A DNA stretch of 62,925 nucleotides, counting the filler, from Octopus bimaculoides (Eukaryota), in assembly GCF_001194135.2 (NCBI RefSeq). It is 8 parts of 8 records of this genome, joined end to end, with 100 filler letters (N's around TTAATTAATTAA, not from the genome) between each part and the next. Parts side by side here need not be neighbours in the genome. Positions count along the whole stretch, not along the records: positions 1 to 10,317 come from NC_069004.1; positions 10,418 to 20,161 come from NC_068982.1; 6 more parts are not named here. The stretch is one strand, 5' to 3'. How positions within the stretch are numbered: the first letter of the stretch is position 1; each line of letters starts with the position of its first letter. Of the stretch, positions 1 to 14,336 are shown one piece after another. The position numbers and the translations under genes were made by a program. The notes under the pieces are model-generated. The model worked only from the letters and a program-made list of their open reading frames with translations, was not told the origin of the DNA and made no database searches.

Positions 1-132
1 GCAGTGGTGTTGCTTGAAAATTTTGGATTTTGACAGAATTTCCTATTATGGTTTCATTTCTTCTTTCTTTCTTTCTTTCCACTCTTTTTCTCTAACTCTC
101 CCACCCCGCTCTGACAAACACTGCTCCCCTTC

Positions 133-590
133 ATGACTGACACCGTCACCACCACCACCACCATCATCATCATCGTCATCGTTATCGTTTTCGATATCAT
201 GATTGTTGTTACGGTTCATCATTGTCGTCATCATTTGCATCATCGTTGTCGTCTTCATCATCATCATCATCATCACTGCCACCAGCATCATCATCATCAT
301 TGTCATTACCATCATCATCATTATCAGCACCAACCCACCCAACCCCACAACTATTACTACCACTCCCACCACCCACCATCCCCATTATCATCATCATCAT
401 CATCATCAAAATTGTTGAGCTCTTTGTCATCATCATCATCATCATCACCACCATTATCATCATTAATATCATCGTCAACATTGTCAATATCACAATTGTT
501 CTCATCATTGTTCATCATCTTCGTCATCTTCCTGTCTTCATCATCGTTATCATCTCATCATCCATTACCTACCAACCATCACCATCATGA
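133..590. repeat. Degenerate (CAT/CAC)n low-complexity tract; similar tracts at 6860-7045, 9181-9530, 22625-22710, 29200-29290 and 29650-29857
   Basis: Trinucleotide repeats that generate spurious poly-His/Ser/Ile ORFs. Confidence 0.9.
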
Positions 591-1600
591 CTTAATAATT
601 ATTTCTTAATTGGTACATTTTTCTTTTGTCAACTCAGCTGTTTCTTATAAATGCATGTGCTTNNNNNNNNNNNNNNNNNNNNNNNNNNNNNNNNNNNNNN
701 NNNNNNNNNNNNNNNNNNNNNNNNNNNNNNNNNNNNNNNNNNNNNNNNNNNNNNNNNNNNNNNNNNNNNNNNNNNNNNNNNNNNNNNNNNNNNNNNNNNN
801 NNNNNNNNNNNNNNNNNNNNNNNNNNNNNNNNNNNNNNNNNNNNNNNNNNNNNNNNNNNNNNNNNNNNNNNNNNNNNNNNNNNNNNNNNNNNNNNNNNNN
901 NNNNNNNNNNNNNNNNNNNNNNNNNNNNNNNNNNNNNNNNNNNNNNNNNNNNNNNNNNNNNNNNNNNNNNNNNNNNNNNNNNNNNNNNNNNNNNNNNNNN
1001 NNNNNNNNNNNNNNNNNNNNNNNNNNNNNNNNNNNNNNNNNNNNNNNNNNNNNNNNNNNNNNNNNNNNNNNNNNNNNNNNNNNNNNNNNNNNNNNNNNNN
1101 NNNNNNNNNNNNNNNNNNNNNNNNNNNNNNNNNNNNNNNNNNNNNNNNNNNNNNNNNNNNNNNNNNNNNNNNNNNNNNNNNNNNNNNNNNNNNNNNNNNN
1201 NNNNNNNNNNNNNNNNNNNNNNNNNNNNNNNNNNNNNNNNNNNNNNNNNNNNNNNNNNNNNNNNNNNNNNNNNNNNNNNNNNNNNNNNNNNNNNNNNNNN
1301 NNNNNNNNNNNNNNNNNNNNNNNNNNNNNNNNNNNNNNNNNNNNNNNNNNNNNNNNNNNNNNNNNNNNNNNNNNNNNNNNNNNNNNNNNNNNNNNNNNNN
1401 NNNNNNNNNNNNNNNNNNNNNNNNNNNNNNNNNNNNNNNNNNNNNNNNNNNNNNNNNNNNNNNNNNNNNNNNNNNNNNNNNNNNNNNNNNNNNNNNNNNN
1501 NNNNNNNNNNNNNNNNNNNNNNNNNNNNNNNNNNNNNNNNNNNNNNNNNNNNNNNNNNNNNNNNNNNNNNNNNNNNNNNNNNNNNNNNNNNNNNNNNNNN

Positions 1601-1639
<39 letters not shown>

Positions 1640-1804
1640 ATGTATGTGTGTACGTACATGTATTTATTTATCTATCTGTCTGTCACTATCTCTCTCTCTC
1701 TCCATATATATACACACATACACACACACTCTCTCACATTATCTAACTATTTCTATATATACTCGCATATCTATCTGCACGTCTCTCCTCCGTTTGTCCA
1801 TCTG

Positions 1805-1922
1805 TCTGCCTAGCTATCATTCATCTATTTGTCTATCTATCTACCCTACCTACCTATTATCTATCTAGCTATCCATCTATCATCCATCCATTTGTCTGCC
1901 TAGCTACCTACCTACCTACCTG

Positions 1923-1958
<36 letters not shown>

Positions 1959-1998
1959 CCTACCTACCTATCTGTCTGTCTGTCTATCTATCTATCTG

Positions 1999-2076
<78 letters not shown>

Positions 2077-2078
2077 CA
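1805..2078. repeat. (TCTA)n/(TCTG)n microsatellite; similar arrays at 4240-4384, 14180-14340, 21645-21758 and 32330-32405
   Basis: Direct inspection of the sequence. Confidence 0.95.
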
Positions 2079-3184
2079 TCCACACATACTTACACACATG
2101 TATATATACAGTGTGTATTTGGACACATGTGTATGTACATGTGTGTGAATCTGTTTGCAGATACATGGAATCAAAGAGATGCCTGTATGTGGTGGATAGT
2201 GGGGAGGGGGTGTTCGAGAAGGTTGGAGGTGCCAGCATGATAACGGAATGAAGAGGGTCTGTGAGCAAGAAGCAAAGGAAAGAAAAGAAGGAAGGAGGGA
2301 AGGAAGGCAGGCAGAACAATGTGGAGGGCGTGTTATGATGTCTTTGAGGGAGGAGGGTCAGAGGATGGTGTTGGAGGGGACAGGNNNNNNNNNNNNNNNN
2401 NNNNNNNNNNNNNNNNNNNNNNNNNNNNNNNNNNNNNNNNNNNNNNNNNNNNNNNNNNNNNNNNNNNNNNNNNNNNNNNNNNNNNNNNNNNNNNNNNNNN
2501 NNNNNNNNNNNNNNNNNNNNNNNNNNNNNNNNNNNNNNNNNNNNNNNNNNNNNNNNNNNNNNNNNNNNNNNNNNNNNNNNNNNNNNNNNNNNNNNNNNNN
2601 NNNNNNNNNNNNNNNNNNNNNNNNNNNNNNNNNNNNNNNNNNNNNNNNNNNNNNNNNNNNNNNNNNNNNNNNNNNNNNNNNNNNNNNNNNNNNNNNNNNN
2701 NNNNNNNNNNNNNNNNNNNNNNNNNNNNNNNNNNNNNNNNNNNNNNNNNNNNNNNNNNNNNNNNNNNNNNNNNNNNNNNNNNNNNNNNNNNNNNNNNNNN
2801 NNNNNNNNNNNNNNNNNNNNNNNNNNNNNNNNNNNNNNNNNNNNNNNNNNNNNNNNNNNNNNNNNNNNNNNNNNNNNNNNNNNNNNNNNNNNNNNNNNNN
2901 NNNNNNNNNNNNNNNNNNNNNNNNNNNNNNNNNNNNNNNNNNNNNNNNNNNNNTATATATATATATATTAAGAAAAAAAAAGAAAATATATAAAAGAAAA
3001 CTACCCTGATATTCTATAGTTACGAGTATGGCGTGTGCAGTTAAGACCATTGCTTCCCCACCATGTGGTTTTGGGTTCAGTCCCACGGTGTGGCACCTTG
3101 GGTGAGTATCTTCTAACATAGCTCAGGGCTGACCAGGTCCTTGTGAGCGGATTTGGTTGATGGAAAAAATTCAGGAGGATCAGT

Positions 3185-3295
3185 TAATTAAGATTTCATC
3201 CAACATAATCCCCTCTCAGATTAACATACTTATTGCAATGGTCCTTCAGTTTTTCTAAGCTCTGTAAAAGAACTTACAGGTTCATTAGATTAGCT
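3185..3295 (-). mobile_element. mariner transposase C-terminal remnant
   Basis: KLKDHCNKYVNLRGDYVG*, matching the mariner KCIxxxGDYVE terminus. Confidence 0.65.
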
Positions 3296-3509
3296 CACTC
3301 TTTCCATGAAATCGACATTGCCTGTTGTAGTGCATGGTGTACCATGCACCAGGTATTGAAGTGATCGTAGACCAATGTGAGTTGGTGAAGTGCTTTGCTG
3401 AAGAATGCAATGCACCACTTGGTCTAAGATTTGAAACCACAATCTTGCAGTCATGAATACAATGCCCTAACCACTGAGCTATGTGTCGTGTCACATAAAA
3501 AGCACTACT

Positions 3510-3712
3510 CACCTTGCCTGTGCTTGTGCCACGTAGAAAGCACTAAGTCCACTCTGCTGAGTGGTTGGTGACAGGAAGGGCACCCAGTTGTCAAAATCCT
3601 GCCAAAACAGTCACAGAAGTCAGGTTCAAGCTTTGGCCTGGCCAGCTCTTGTAGTACCATCCCACCCATGCTAGCATGGAACGCAGATGTTTGATGATGA
3701 TGATGATGATGA
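3510..3712 (+). mobile_element. RTE-type LINE/SINE 3' end with a (GAT)n tail
   Basis: GAGTGGTTGG..AGGAAGGGCACCCAG motif and a GATGATGAT tail. Related pieces lie at about 7600-7760 (-) and 53020-53190. Confidence 0.55.
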
Positions 3713-3797
3713 TAATACTAATGGCTCCATGGGTATTCTGGGCTTCATATATTTGTACCCCAGTGTCACTTTGATGGCATGCACTGCTCTCTCACTC

Positions 3798-3840
<43 letters not shown>

Positions 3841-4238
3841 GTAATAATGATAATATCTATCCTTGAGTAGAGCTAACATCAATAACAGACAAGAGCATCA
3901 ACATGTTTTTCTAATTGTGTGTGTGTGTGTGTGTGTGTATGTGTGTGTGTGTGTGCAGGCTACAGGCATCTTTGTATATATTTTAGGTGTCTGTGTGTAT
4001 ATATATGTAAGCATGTATGTATGTATGTAAGCACCTGTGTATGACTCTGATGTGTGTACCTGTATATGAGTAATTGTATGTGTGTGAGCATGTGTATAAA
4101 AATGTGTAGACATGCATGTAAGTAGGTGTGTGTATACATACATATATGTGTGAGTATGTATGTGTCTGCTTGCTTGTTTTATAATTCACCTTGAAAAGTA
4201 ATTTCAAATTTAATTTATATTACACCTGATCTGTCTGC

Positions 4239-4384
<146 letters not shown>

Positions 4385-4686
4385 NNNNNNNNNNNNNNNN
4401 NNNNNNNNNNNNNNNNNNNNNNNNNNNNNNNNNNNNNNNNNNNNNNNNNNNNNNNNNNNNNNNNNNNNNNNNNNNNNNNNNNNNNNNNNNNNNNNNNNNN
4501 NNNNNNNNNNNNNNNNNNNNNNNNNNNNNNNNNNNNNNNNNNNNNNNNNNNNNNNNNNNNNNNNNNNNNNNNNNNNNNNNTATATATATATATATACACA
4601 TATGCATGTCCATGTATTGATATAGATATATCTATCTACATATATATATAATAATACAAATAATATGTGAGTATATGCATATATAC

Positions 4687-4723
<37 letters not shown>

Positions 4724-4734
4724 AGTAAATTATA

Positions 4735-4947
4735 CAAATATGAAAATGAAACTAACATCTTATTTTAACAGATATATTTACCAAAATTACATAAAAATAT
4801 CTTGAAAGACTAAAGTGTAAATTTATTCAATAAATTCACCATTGGCTTCAACCACAGATGCCAGACGACTTCAGAATCTCCAACAAAAATTCTGGAAAGT
4901 CTCCTTGTTTAAGTTGGTGAATGCTGCCATAATCCTTGCCTTCAGCA
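4735..4947 (-). mobile_element. Tc1/mariner-superfamily transposase C-terminal remnant (DD37D/maT-like)
   Basis: LKARIMAAFTNLNKETFQNFCWRF*SRLASVVEANGEFIE*. Confidence 0.75.
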
Positions 4948-6406
4948 CCTTGGATGGTGCTGTTAGCACTCCACTGGCACGGGTGCCGGTCATCGAATTT
5001 GGTTCAGTTTCGATCTCACTTGCCCCAACAGGTCTTCGCAAGCTGAGTTTAGTGTCCAATGAAGGAAGGTTGGGACATGCCAAACTTCTGCTACTAGTTT
5101 GGTTAGGCATTGCAAGACTAACAATCTGGTGTAGAACTCAACATACATATTCTTCAGAATGAAGCGCTGGTGGAGTACGGGATGGTAATAAGAAAATGAG
5201 ATGACAAAAGAATAAAGCAATTATCTTAGGAATTTCATTAACTTAGAGTTGTTTCCAATGTAAGCTAATGACATTCAGAAGATCAATGTCTATTCCTTTG
5301 TCATCACATTTTCATATGCACATACACACACATACACATGTTCACATATATACACACACATCTATATTCATATATATATATATACATACATTCTCTTTCA
5401 CACACACACACACATGTACTCACACACCCATCAAGACCATTCTAGGCTCATGTCAGTGTTGCAGACTTTCTGGTAGGATGACACAGTTCCCAGACTTTTT
5501 TTTTGAAGTGTGATAGGGGTGGTGGGGGNNNNNNNNNNNNNNNNNNNNNNNNNNNNNNNNNNNNNNNNNNNNNNNNNNNNNNNNNNNNNNNNNNNNNNNN
5601 NNNNNNNNNNNNNNNNNNNNNNNNNNNNNNNNNNNNNNNNNNNNNNNNNNNNNNNNNNNNNNNNNNNNNNNNNNNNNNNNNNNNNNNNNNNNNNNNNNNN
5701 NNNNNNNNNNNNNNNNNNNNNNNNNNNNNNNNNNNNNNNNNNNNNNNNNNNNNNNNNNNNNNNNNNNNNNNNNNNNNNNNNNNNNNNNNNNNNNNNNNNN
5801 NNNNNNNNNNNNNNNNNNNNNNNNNNNNNNNNNNNNNNNNNNNNNNNNNNNNNNNNNNNNNNNNNNNNNNNNNNNNNNNNNNNNNNNNNNNNNNNNNNNN
5901 NNNNNNNNNNNNNNNNNNNNNNNNNNNNNNNNNNNNNNNNNNNNNNNNNNNNNNNNNNNNNNNNNNNNNNNNNNNNNNNNNNNNNNNNNNNNNNNNNNNN
6001 NNNNNNNNNNNNNNNNNNNNNNNNNNNNNNNNNNNNNNNNNNNNNNNNNNNNNNNNNNNNNNNNNNNNNNNNNNNNNNNNNNNNNNNNNNNNNNNNNNNN
6101 NNNNNNNNNNNNNNNNNNNNNNNNNNNNNNNNNNNNNNNNNNNNNNNNNNNNNNNNNNNNNNNNNNNNNNNNNNNNNTGGTGATGATGCCATTAGGATTA
6201 GTGATGGAAGTGGTAGCAGTGGGGGGGTTAGTGATAGTGATATTGGTGGTGGTGGTGGTAAGAAGCTTGCTTACCAACCACAGGGTTCTGGGTTCAGCCC
6301 CTTTGCATGGCGCCTTGGGCAAGTATCTTCTACTATAGCCTCCGGTCAACCAAACCCTTGCGAGTAGATTTGGTAGATGGAAACTGAAAGAAACCTGTCA
6401 TATTTA

Positions 6407-6459
<53 letters not shown>

Positions 6460-7779
6460 TGTATATGTGCTTGTATCCCCTCCACCACTTAACAGCTGGG
6501 TGTTGGTGTGTTTATGTCCTTGTAACTTAGCAGTTTGATAAGAGAGGGTGATAGAATAAGCAGGAGGCTTTAAAAAAAATAGAAAAAAACCTAGGGTCGA
6601 TTCATTTGACTGACCACAGTCTAATGACTGAGGTGGTTCCATAAGACAGTAGGGTATGATTTGAGGGTGATTTGGCTGTTGTTTCTTTGATTGTTTTAGC
6701 TACTGTGTAAAAGAGCCCTCTTCTCTGATTGTAGAGTGTGGTGAAGGTGATGTTAGTGGTAGTGGTGGGGTAGCAGCAGCAGCAGCAGTAGCAGTTGGTG
6801 TTTGCTCTATATTCCTTTACACAAATTCTTCATGCTTCACTGACAAATAAGTCTGGCTTTGATAAACTACACTTCTCAGCCTACAGCACCATACCCCCCA
6901 CCCCGCGATCCTTTACAACCACCACCACCACCACCACCACCACTACCGCCGCCGCCACTTCCACCATCATCATAACCACTACCACCACCACAAACCAACA
7001 CCCTCACACTCCCTGTAACTATTACTACTACTACTACTACTACTCTTGACCTACTCTGCATTACCGCCCCTANNNNNNNNNNNNNNNNNNNNNNNNNNNN
7101 NNNNNNNNNNNNNNNNNNNNNNNNNNNNNNNNNNNNNNNNNNNNNNNNNNNNNNNNNNNNNNNNNNNNNNNNNNNNNNNNNNNNNNNNNNNNNNNNNNNN
7201 NNNNNNNNNNNNNNNNNNNNNNNNNNNNNNNNNNNNNNNNNNNNNNNNNNNNNNNNNNNNNNNNNNNNNNNNNNNNNNNNNNNNNNNNNNNNNNNNNNNN
7301 NNNNNNNNNNNNNNNNNNNNNNNNNNNNNNNNNNNNNNNNNNNNNNNNNNNNNNNNNNNNNNNNNNNNNNNNNNNNNNNNNNNNNNNNNNNNNNNNNNNN
7401 NNNNNNNNNNNNNNNNNNTCTCCCTCTTCCTGTTAGTCCCCACTCCACCACCACCACCACCTGTCTTTGTATTTCTGTCATTGTCTATCAGTAATGTTGC
7501 CCCTTTTCCAATTCACATACCCTTACACATGTAGAAACTATTGTTACTCCCCTCTCTTCCCCCACCCCCGCTCCCACCATCTTTTATGTTTCTGACATTG
7601 TCTGTCATCATCATCTGCATTCCAGGCTGGCTTGGGTTGCATGGTTTGACATGAACTGGCAAGCCCCCCCCCCCACCGGGGACTGCACCACCCTCCAGTT
7701 GTCCATGGTTTCTACAACCGGATGCCCTTCCTAATGCCAAACACATTACAGAGTGTAGCCCCTTGACACAGATTGACCT

Positions 7780-8335
7780 TTACCTTTGCTGTGCATGTGC
7801 ACTAAGTTTTAACATTCTAGCTCACTTCTGCTGTTTACAGCAGTGCTTGGAAGGAAAGTGTGTAGCATGTGATCATTGCATTGACCAAGACAGAGAAAGA
7901 TCCGTCATGGCGATACCTGCTCAATGTCTGCGCACGCAAAGTTGGAGAAAGTGTATGAAGAGGGGGTGTATGAGTCGCACGGAAGTGTGCGAGTGGTTCA
8001 GACGTTTCCAAGATGTCCAAAAAAATGTTGATATTGATGAACGTTCTGGGAGACTCACAACCAGTAGAACTGAGAAAAAACATTGCATATGTGAGTGCAG
8101 CTGTGAGGGGAAATCATCAAATCACCATTTGTGTGTTATCAGAGGATGTACAGATTGGTTACGGTTTGGTTCAGTCCATTATCACTGAATATTTGGGTAT
8201 GAGACGCACGTCTGCCAAGTTTGTGCCAAAGATGCTTTCAGCTGACCAAAAAGACACTCGGGTTTTCAGTTGCACAAGGTTTCTTTGATTGTGTCGAGAA
8301 CAATGAAAACTTTGATTAGGTCTATGAGCAGGTAT
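7780..8335 (+). mobile_element. mariner transposase remnant (N-terminal HTH region)
   Basis: CMSRTEVCEWFRRFQD..DIDERSGR and IITEYLGMRRTSAKFVPKML; frameshifted. Confidence 0.85.
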
Positions 8336-10049
8336 CGCCAAGCAGGGGATCTTGTTCAAAACGGGGGCACCAGTTTTCATTAATGTTTTATGTAGTGTTT
8401 TTAGTACCGAAAGACTTTCAAACTTCGTATACTTATCTATTTTGTGTTATAGAACAGAAAAAAAATTTTGTATTCGGATTTATTTCATGTAAAAAATTGT
8501 CTTATTTCAATAATTTCAACCAATCACTGACAAGTATTCAGCTGTTTACAGTTACTCCTAAGCGGTGTAAAGCGTATTTAATCTCCATTACTTCTGACAT
8601 TTTGCAGAGGCAACACACGTGTGTTCGTTTTACCTAACCTTAACTGACTTGCTCCTTCCCTCAAAAACCATGCCTTGTGCCTATAATAGAAAGGTTTATT
8701 AGCTACTGCCAATATGCNNNNNNNNNNNNNNNNNNNNNNNNNNNNNNNNNNNNNNNNNNNNNNNNNNNNNNNNNNNNNNNNNNNNNNNNNNNNNNNNNNN
8801 NNNNNNNNNNNNNNNNNNNNNNNNNNNNNNNNNNNNNNNNNNNNNNNNNNNNNNNNNNNNNNNNNNNNNNNNNNNNNNNNNNNNNNNNNNNNNNNNNNNN
8901 NNNNNNNNNNNNNNNNNNNNNNNNNNNNNNNNNNNNNNNNNNNNNNNNNNNNNNNNNNNNNNNNNNNNNNNNNNNNNNNNNNNNNNNNNNNNNNNNNNNN
9001 NNNNNNNNNNNNNNNNNNNNNNNNNNNNNNNNNNNNNNNNNNNNNNNNNNNNNNNNNNNNNNNNNNNNNNNNNNNNNNNNNNNNNNNNNNNNNNNNNNNN
9101 NNNNNNNNNNNNNNNNNNNNNNNNNNNNNNNNNNNNNNNNNNNNNNNNNNNNNNNNNNNNNNNNNNNNNNNNNNNNNNNNCCACCACAACTACCAACAAT
9201 GACAAGAACACCATCACCATCACTCCTGCCACAACCATCACTGCTACCATTACCAGAACTGCCACAGCCACTACTGCTGCAACTATCATCTCCTCCTCCC
9301 TCACCACCATCACAACTATCATCATCACCACCACCAAAACAAGTAGCACCATCGCCACCACCACCACCACTGCAACTACCATCACCACCTCCACTACCAT
9401 CACAACCACTATCCCCACCAGCACCACCAGAACTACCATCCCCATCAGCACCACCACCACCAATACCATCATAACCACCACCATCACCATTGTTACTATT
9501 ACTACTACCACCATCACCACAGCCACCCTCTCTTCTCTACTTCAAACCAATAATGAAGCCTCTATGTGACTGCTTCATCTGCTAGAAATAGCAGTCATGT
9601 CTTCCTCAAATCACACACCTTAACTGACTTCAAAGGGAAAAAAAAAGAAAAAACAAAATGGTTCTAGGGTTCTCTGCAAATAGGAATCAGATGGGATGGT
9701 CATGGGGCTTGATTGTCTTTTTTTTTAACCATAGCTCTGCTTGATCTGGTATGTGGGCAGCAGGGGCGATGGGTGGGTGGAATAACTTCAAACTAAATGA
9801 CAGGTAGTGTAGCAGACCACCTAATTCCAGTTACCAAACTATGACCACTACTACTACTACTACTACTACTACTCATCCTGCCTCCCCCCCCACTTGTAGC
9901 CCTTATTAACCCCTTCTCCACCATCACATGTATTATCTACCTCCCTCACATCACATCACATCATGTCACTTATCTTATGGGGCTGCCTTGGACCCTACAC
10001 ACACACACACAGATATATGTGTGTATATATGTGCATGTGTATGTATATA

Positions 10050-10116
<67 letters not shown>

Positions 10117-10272
10117 ATCTGTGTGTGTATATATGTGTATGTATGTGCATGTGCTTTCTATGTGTATCTATGTCTGTATATATGTATGTATATATATATG
10201 TGTGTGAGTGTGTATCTGTGTGTGTATATATATATGTGTGAGTATGTGCATGTGCTTTCTATGTGTGTGTGC

Positions 10273-10317
<45 letters not shown>

Positions 10318-10361
10318 NNNNNNNNNNNNNNNNNNNNNNNNNNNNNNNNNNNNNNNNNNNN

Positions 10362-10373
10362 TTAATTAATTAA
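10362..10373. other. TTAATTAATTAA six-frame-stop linker inside an N gap (assembly artefact); also at about 20206, 34065, 52111, 55528, 58423 and 59893
   Basis: The identical 12-mer is flanked on both sides by 40-50 N, seven times. Confidence 0.9.
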
Positions 10374-10418
10374 NNNNNNNNNNNNNNNNNNNNNNNNNNN
10401 NNNNNNNNNNNNNNNNNA

Positions 10419-10830
10419 GGCAATAGATATAGATAGACAACAGATATAGACAGACAACAGACATAAATAGACAACAGGCATAGACAGACAACAGACATAG
10501 ACAGACAACAGACATAGGCAATAGATATAGATAGACAACAGACATAGATAAACAACAGATATAGATAGACAACAGATATAGATAGACAACAGGTATAGAT
10601 AGACAACAGACATAGATAGACAACAGACATAGATAGACAGTAGATATTGACAAAAGACATATATAGCAGATATAGACAGCAGACATAGATAGACAACAGA
10701 CATAGATAGACTACAGCCATAGAGAAACAACAGGCATAGATAGGCAACATACATAGATAGGCAACAGACATAGATAGACAACAGACATAGAGAAACAACA
10801 GACATTGGCAGGAGATATAGATAGACAACA
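10419..10830. repeat. Minisatellite with a unit of about 16 bp (ACAACAGACATAGATAG-like)
   Basis: Tandem degenerate units visible directly in the sequence. Confidence 0.9.
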
Positions 10831-11367
10831 GAAAAACACACAAATAGCAAGATAGGCGTGAACACAAAAGGATGTAGGGATGTAAACTCATAGGCATATA
10901 TATATAGAAACATAGACAAATAGCTATATAGGCATAGATAGAGAGACAGATATGAGAACATAGCCGATCACATACATAGAGATATAGAGCTACAGAGAGA
11001 GATACAGATAGAGATATAAGGTTATAGAGTGCTAAAATAGAGATATAAGGATAAAAAAATACAAACAGCGATAGTAGATAGATGCAGAGAAAGACATGGA
11101 TAGATAAACAATTATAAATAGACAGAGAGAAATATAATGTTGTGCTATATACAATCACATAAGCAGTTAGCTAAGTAGTGTATATTATATCTGTTCTTTA
11201 GTTTATACAAGGATACATTTCAAATTGAACTTCCGTCTTTCACAAGTCCGTCACGTTGAAACAAAAAAAAGTTAGGTATTATCAGATATATGGTTATTCA
11301 AAATGCAATGCACTTCTATGCATTTGTATCTAGCTGCCTGATGCATGTGCATATAAATTATTTACAT

Positions 11368-11431
<64 letters not shown>

Positions 11432-13422
11432 NNNNNNNNNNNNNNNNNNNNNNNNNNNNNNNNNNNNNNNNNNNNNNNNNNNNNNNNNNNNNNNNNNNNN
11501 NNNNNNNNNNNNNNNNNNNNNNNNNNNNNNNNNNNNNNNNNNNNNNNNNNNNNNNNNNNNNNNNNNNNNNNNNNNNNNNNNNNNNNNNNNNNNNNNNNNN
11601 NNNNNNNNNNNNNNNNNNNNNNNNNNNNNNNNNNNNNNNNNNNNNNNNNNNNNNNNNNNNNNNNNNNNNNNNNNNNNNNNNNNNNNNNNNNNNNNNNNNN
11701 NNNNNATATATAGTCTTAAGAGTACATTCGCGTACGGGTAGTTATTGTGTTCGCGCGCGTGGTTTTATGTTTGTATTAGTTTTGATTGCTTTTGATTTGT
11801 TGCTGTTAATGTTTAACTGTCTGCTGTATCTCATCGAGGACACACGTATAATGATAGGCCTTCCAACCATGACCACCCGATACTTTTACACATAATGAGG
11901 ATTACGTTATTTCACGCATATTTTCATTTTCTAAGACAATACGGTGCGATTTGAGGGGATTTTGTCAGCAATTTCTAACATGTAATAGGTTCGGGTATGT
12001 ATGTTTTGTTTTGTTTTGTTTGTTTATGCATTCATTTTTTGCTTTATATTGTTTCGTTTGAGTTAGTGTGATGTCATAGATAGCTTCCAACTGAATGCGT
12101 GTAATGACTTAGAACAACTAATGCGTAAACACACGCACACACGCAAATACATATACGCGCGCACACACACACGCATACAAAGAGAAAGTGAAAGAAAAAT
12201 ATCATTGATATATCACTATATAACATATATAATTATATATACAATTTTCGTAGCTTACCTTATATATTTTTAAGTAATCCTTAGTAGATAATCCTTAGGG
12301 ATAATCCGTGCCTTTAATCTTCTCTTTTGCATTTACTAACTGCAGTTTGTACTCGGAACGTAGTTATTGTTTATAAAACAGCGAAATATAAAGAGTGAGC
12401 GCAGATTCACGTCTGCAATTATTTCTACTGTACACTTTATGGAATATGTTTAAAAGTAAAATTGGTTCTGCATATATGTAGATGCACATATACGTCCATA
12501 TATAAATATGTATATATTTATATGTGTGTGCCTGTGTGAAGTGTGGATTTCCTACTTATATATATATGAATATATATATGTACACACATGTATGTATGTA
12601 TGTATGTATGTATAAGATAAAACCAATCAGCTGTTTATCTATTTACTACACGATATGAAATATAAATTAACCCCAGTTTTTTTCTTTTCCTTCCTTACCA
12701 TTAAAAGGTAGACTTTATATCGTATAAGGGAGAAGTATAACTATGCCGTCAACATTCTTCCTACAGAGTGAGTTCAACTAGCGGAAACATAAACAAAAAA
12801 AATAATTAAAAATTGAAGAATAATGAGCTTCTCGTTGTTCTAATATTTTCTTCATCATTTCAAATAAATTAATTTGTAAGAATCCTCTAAAAGTAATTTC
12901 ATCTAGTTACCAATGCTCCATGCTTATAGAAAGAAACGTCTAGACAAGTATGTCTGTACATATAAATAAATATATGTGTGCGTGCGTATATGATTGTGTA
13001 CGACTGTGTGTGTATGTACGTGCGTGTGTGTGCATCTATGCATGTTTATTATATTCGTGTCATATACATGTGCCTCTTTGTTGTATGCATATGCATGCTT
13101 ACTGGTCCGCGTATTTACGGATGTATATACGCGCATTCGATCATCTGGAAAGATATTTCCGTGCGCACACTCCACTGACACACACGCACAACCACACACA
13201 CACACACACACTTATGAGGATGAACGTACACATGCACTTATACTCACATACACTAATACTCACCCACACACCTAGACTCTCATTTTAAATGTGCATAAGA
13301 ATCGTTGTGAAAGTCGTATTACTACTTGATACATCACAATGAATCAATATTGTTTTAACTGGTATTTCTCTTGATTTCGTTACATAAGTTTATCTAAGTA
13401 GATAATAATAATAATAATAATA

Positions 13423-13485
<63 letters not shown>

Positions 13486-13908
13486 TTTCTACTATAGGCA
13501 GACGGCCTGAAATTTTGCGAGAGGGGACTAGTCGATTACATCCACCCCAGTACGTAACTGATACGTGCTTCATCGACCCCAAAAGGATAAAAGNNNNNNN
13601 NNNNNNNNNNNNNNNNNNNNNNNNNNNNNNNNNNNNNNNNNNNNNNNNNNNNNNNNNNNNNNNNNNNNNNNNNNNNNNNNNNNNNNNNNNNNNNNNNNNN
13701 NNNNNNNNNNNNNNNNNNNNNNNNNNNNNNNNNNNNNNNNNNNNNNNNNNNNNNNNNNNNNNNNNNNNNNNNNNNNNNNNNNNNNNNNNNNNNNNNNNNN
13801 NNNNNNNNNNNNNNNNNNNNNNNNNNNNNNNNNNNNNNNNNNNNNNNNNNNNNNNNNNNNNNNNNNNNNNNNNNNNNNNNNNNNNNNNNNNNNNNNNNNN
13901 NNNNNNNN

Positions 13909-14021
<113 letters not shown>

Positions 14022-14185
14022 TGTGATGACATGCTTCAGTTGAATTGGCCTTTAATGGAATCTCTGTTCTAGGCTGAATTTTCTTCATTTGTTTTGTTTT
14101 GTTTTGTTTTCAAACATTCTCAAGTGGTAAGAAACAGGTGGACGAAGTAGAGAGAGGAAAAGCACGGAGAAAGAGAGAGAGAGAA

Positions 14186-14250
<65 letters not shown>

Positions 14251-14260
14251 NNNNNNNNNN

Positions 14261-14336
<76 letters not shown>

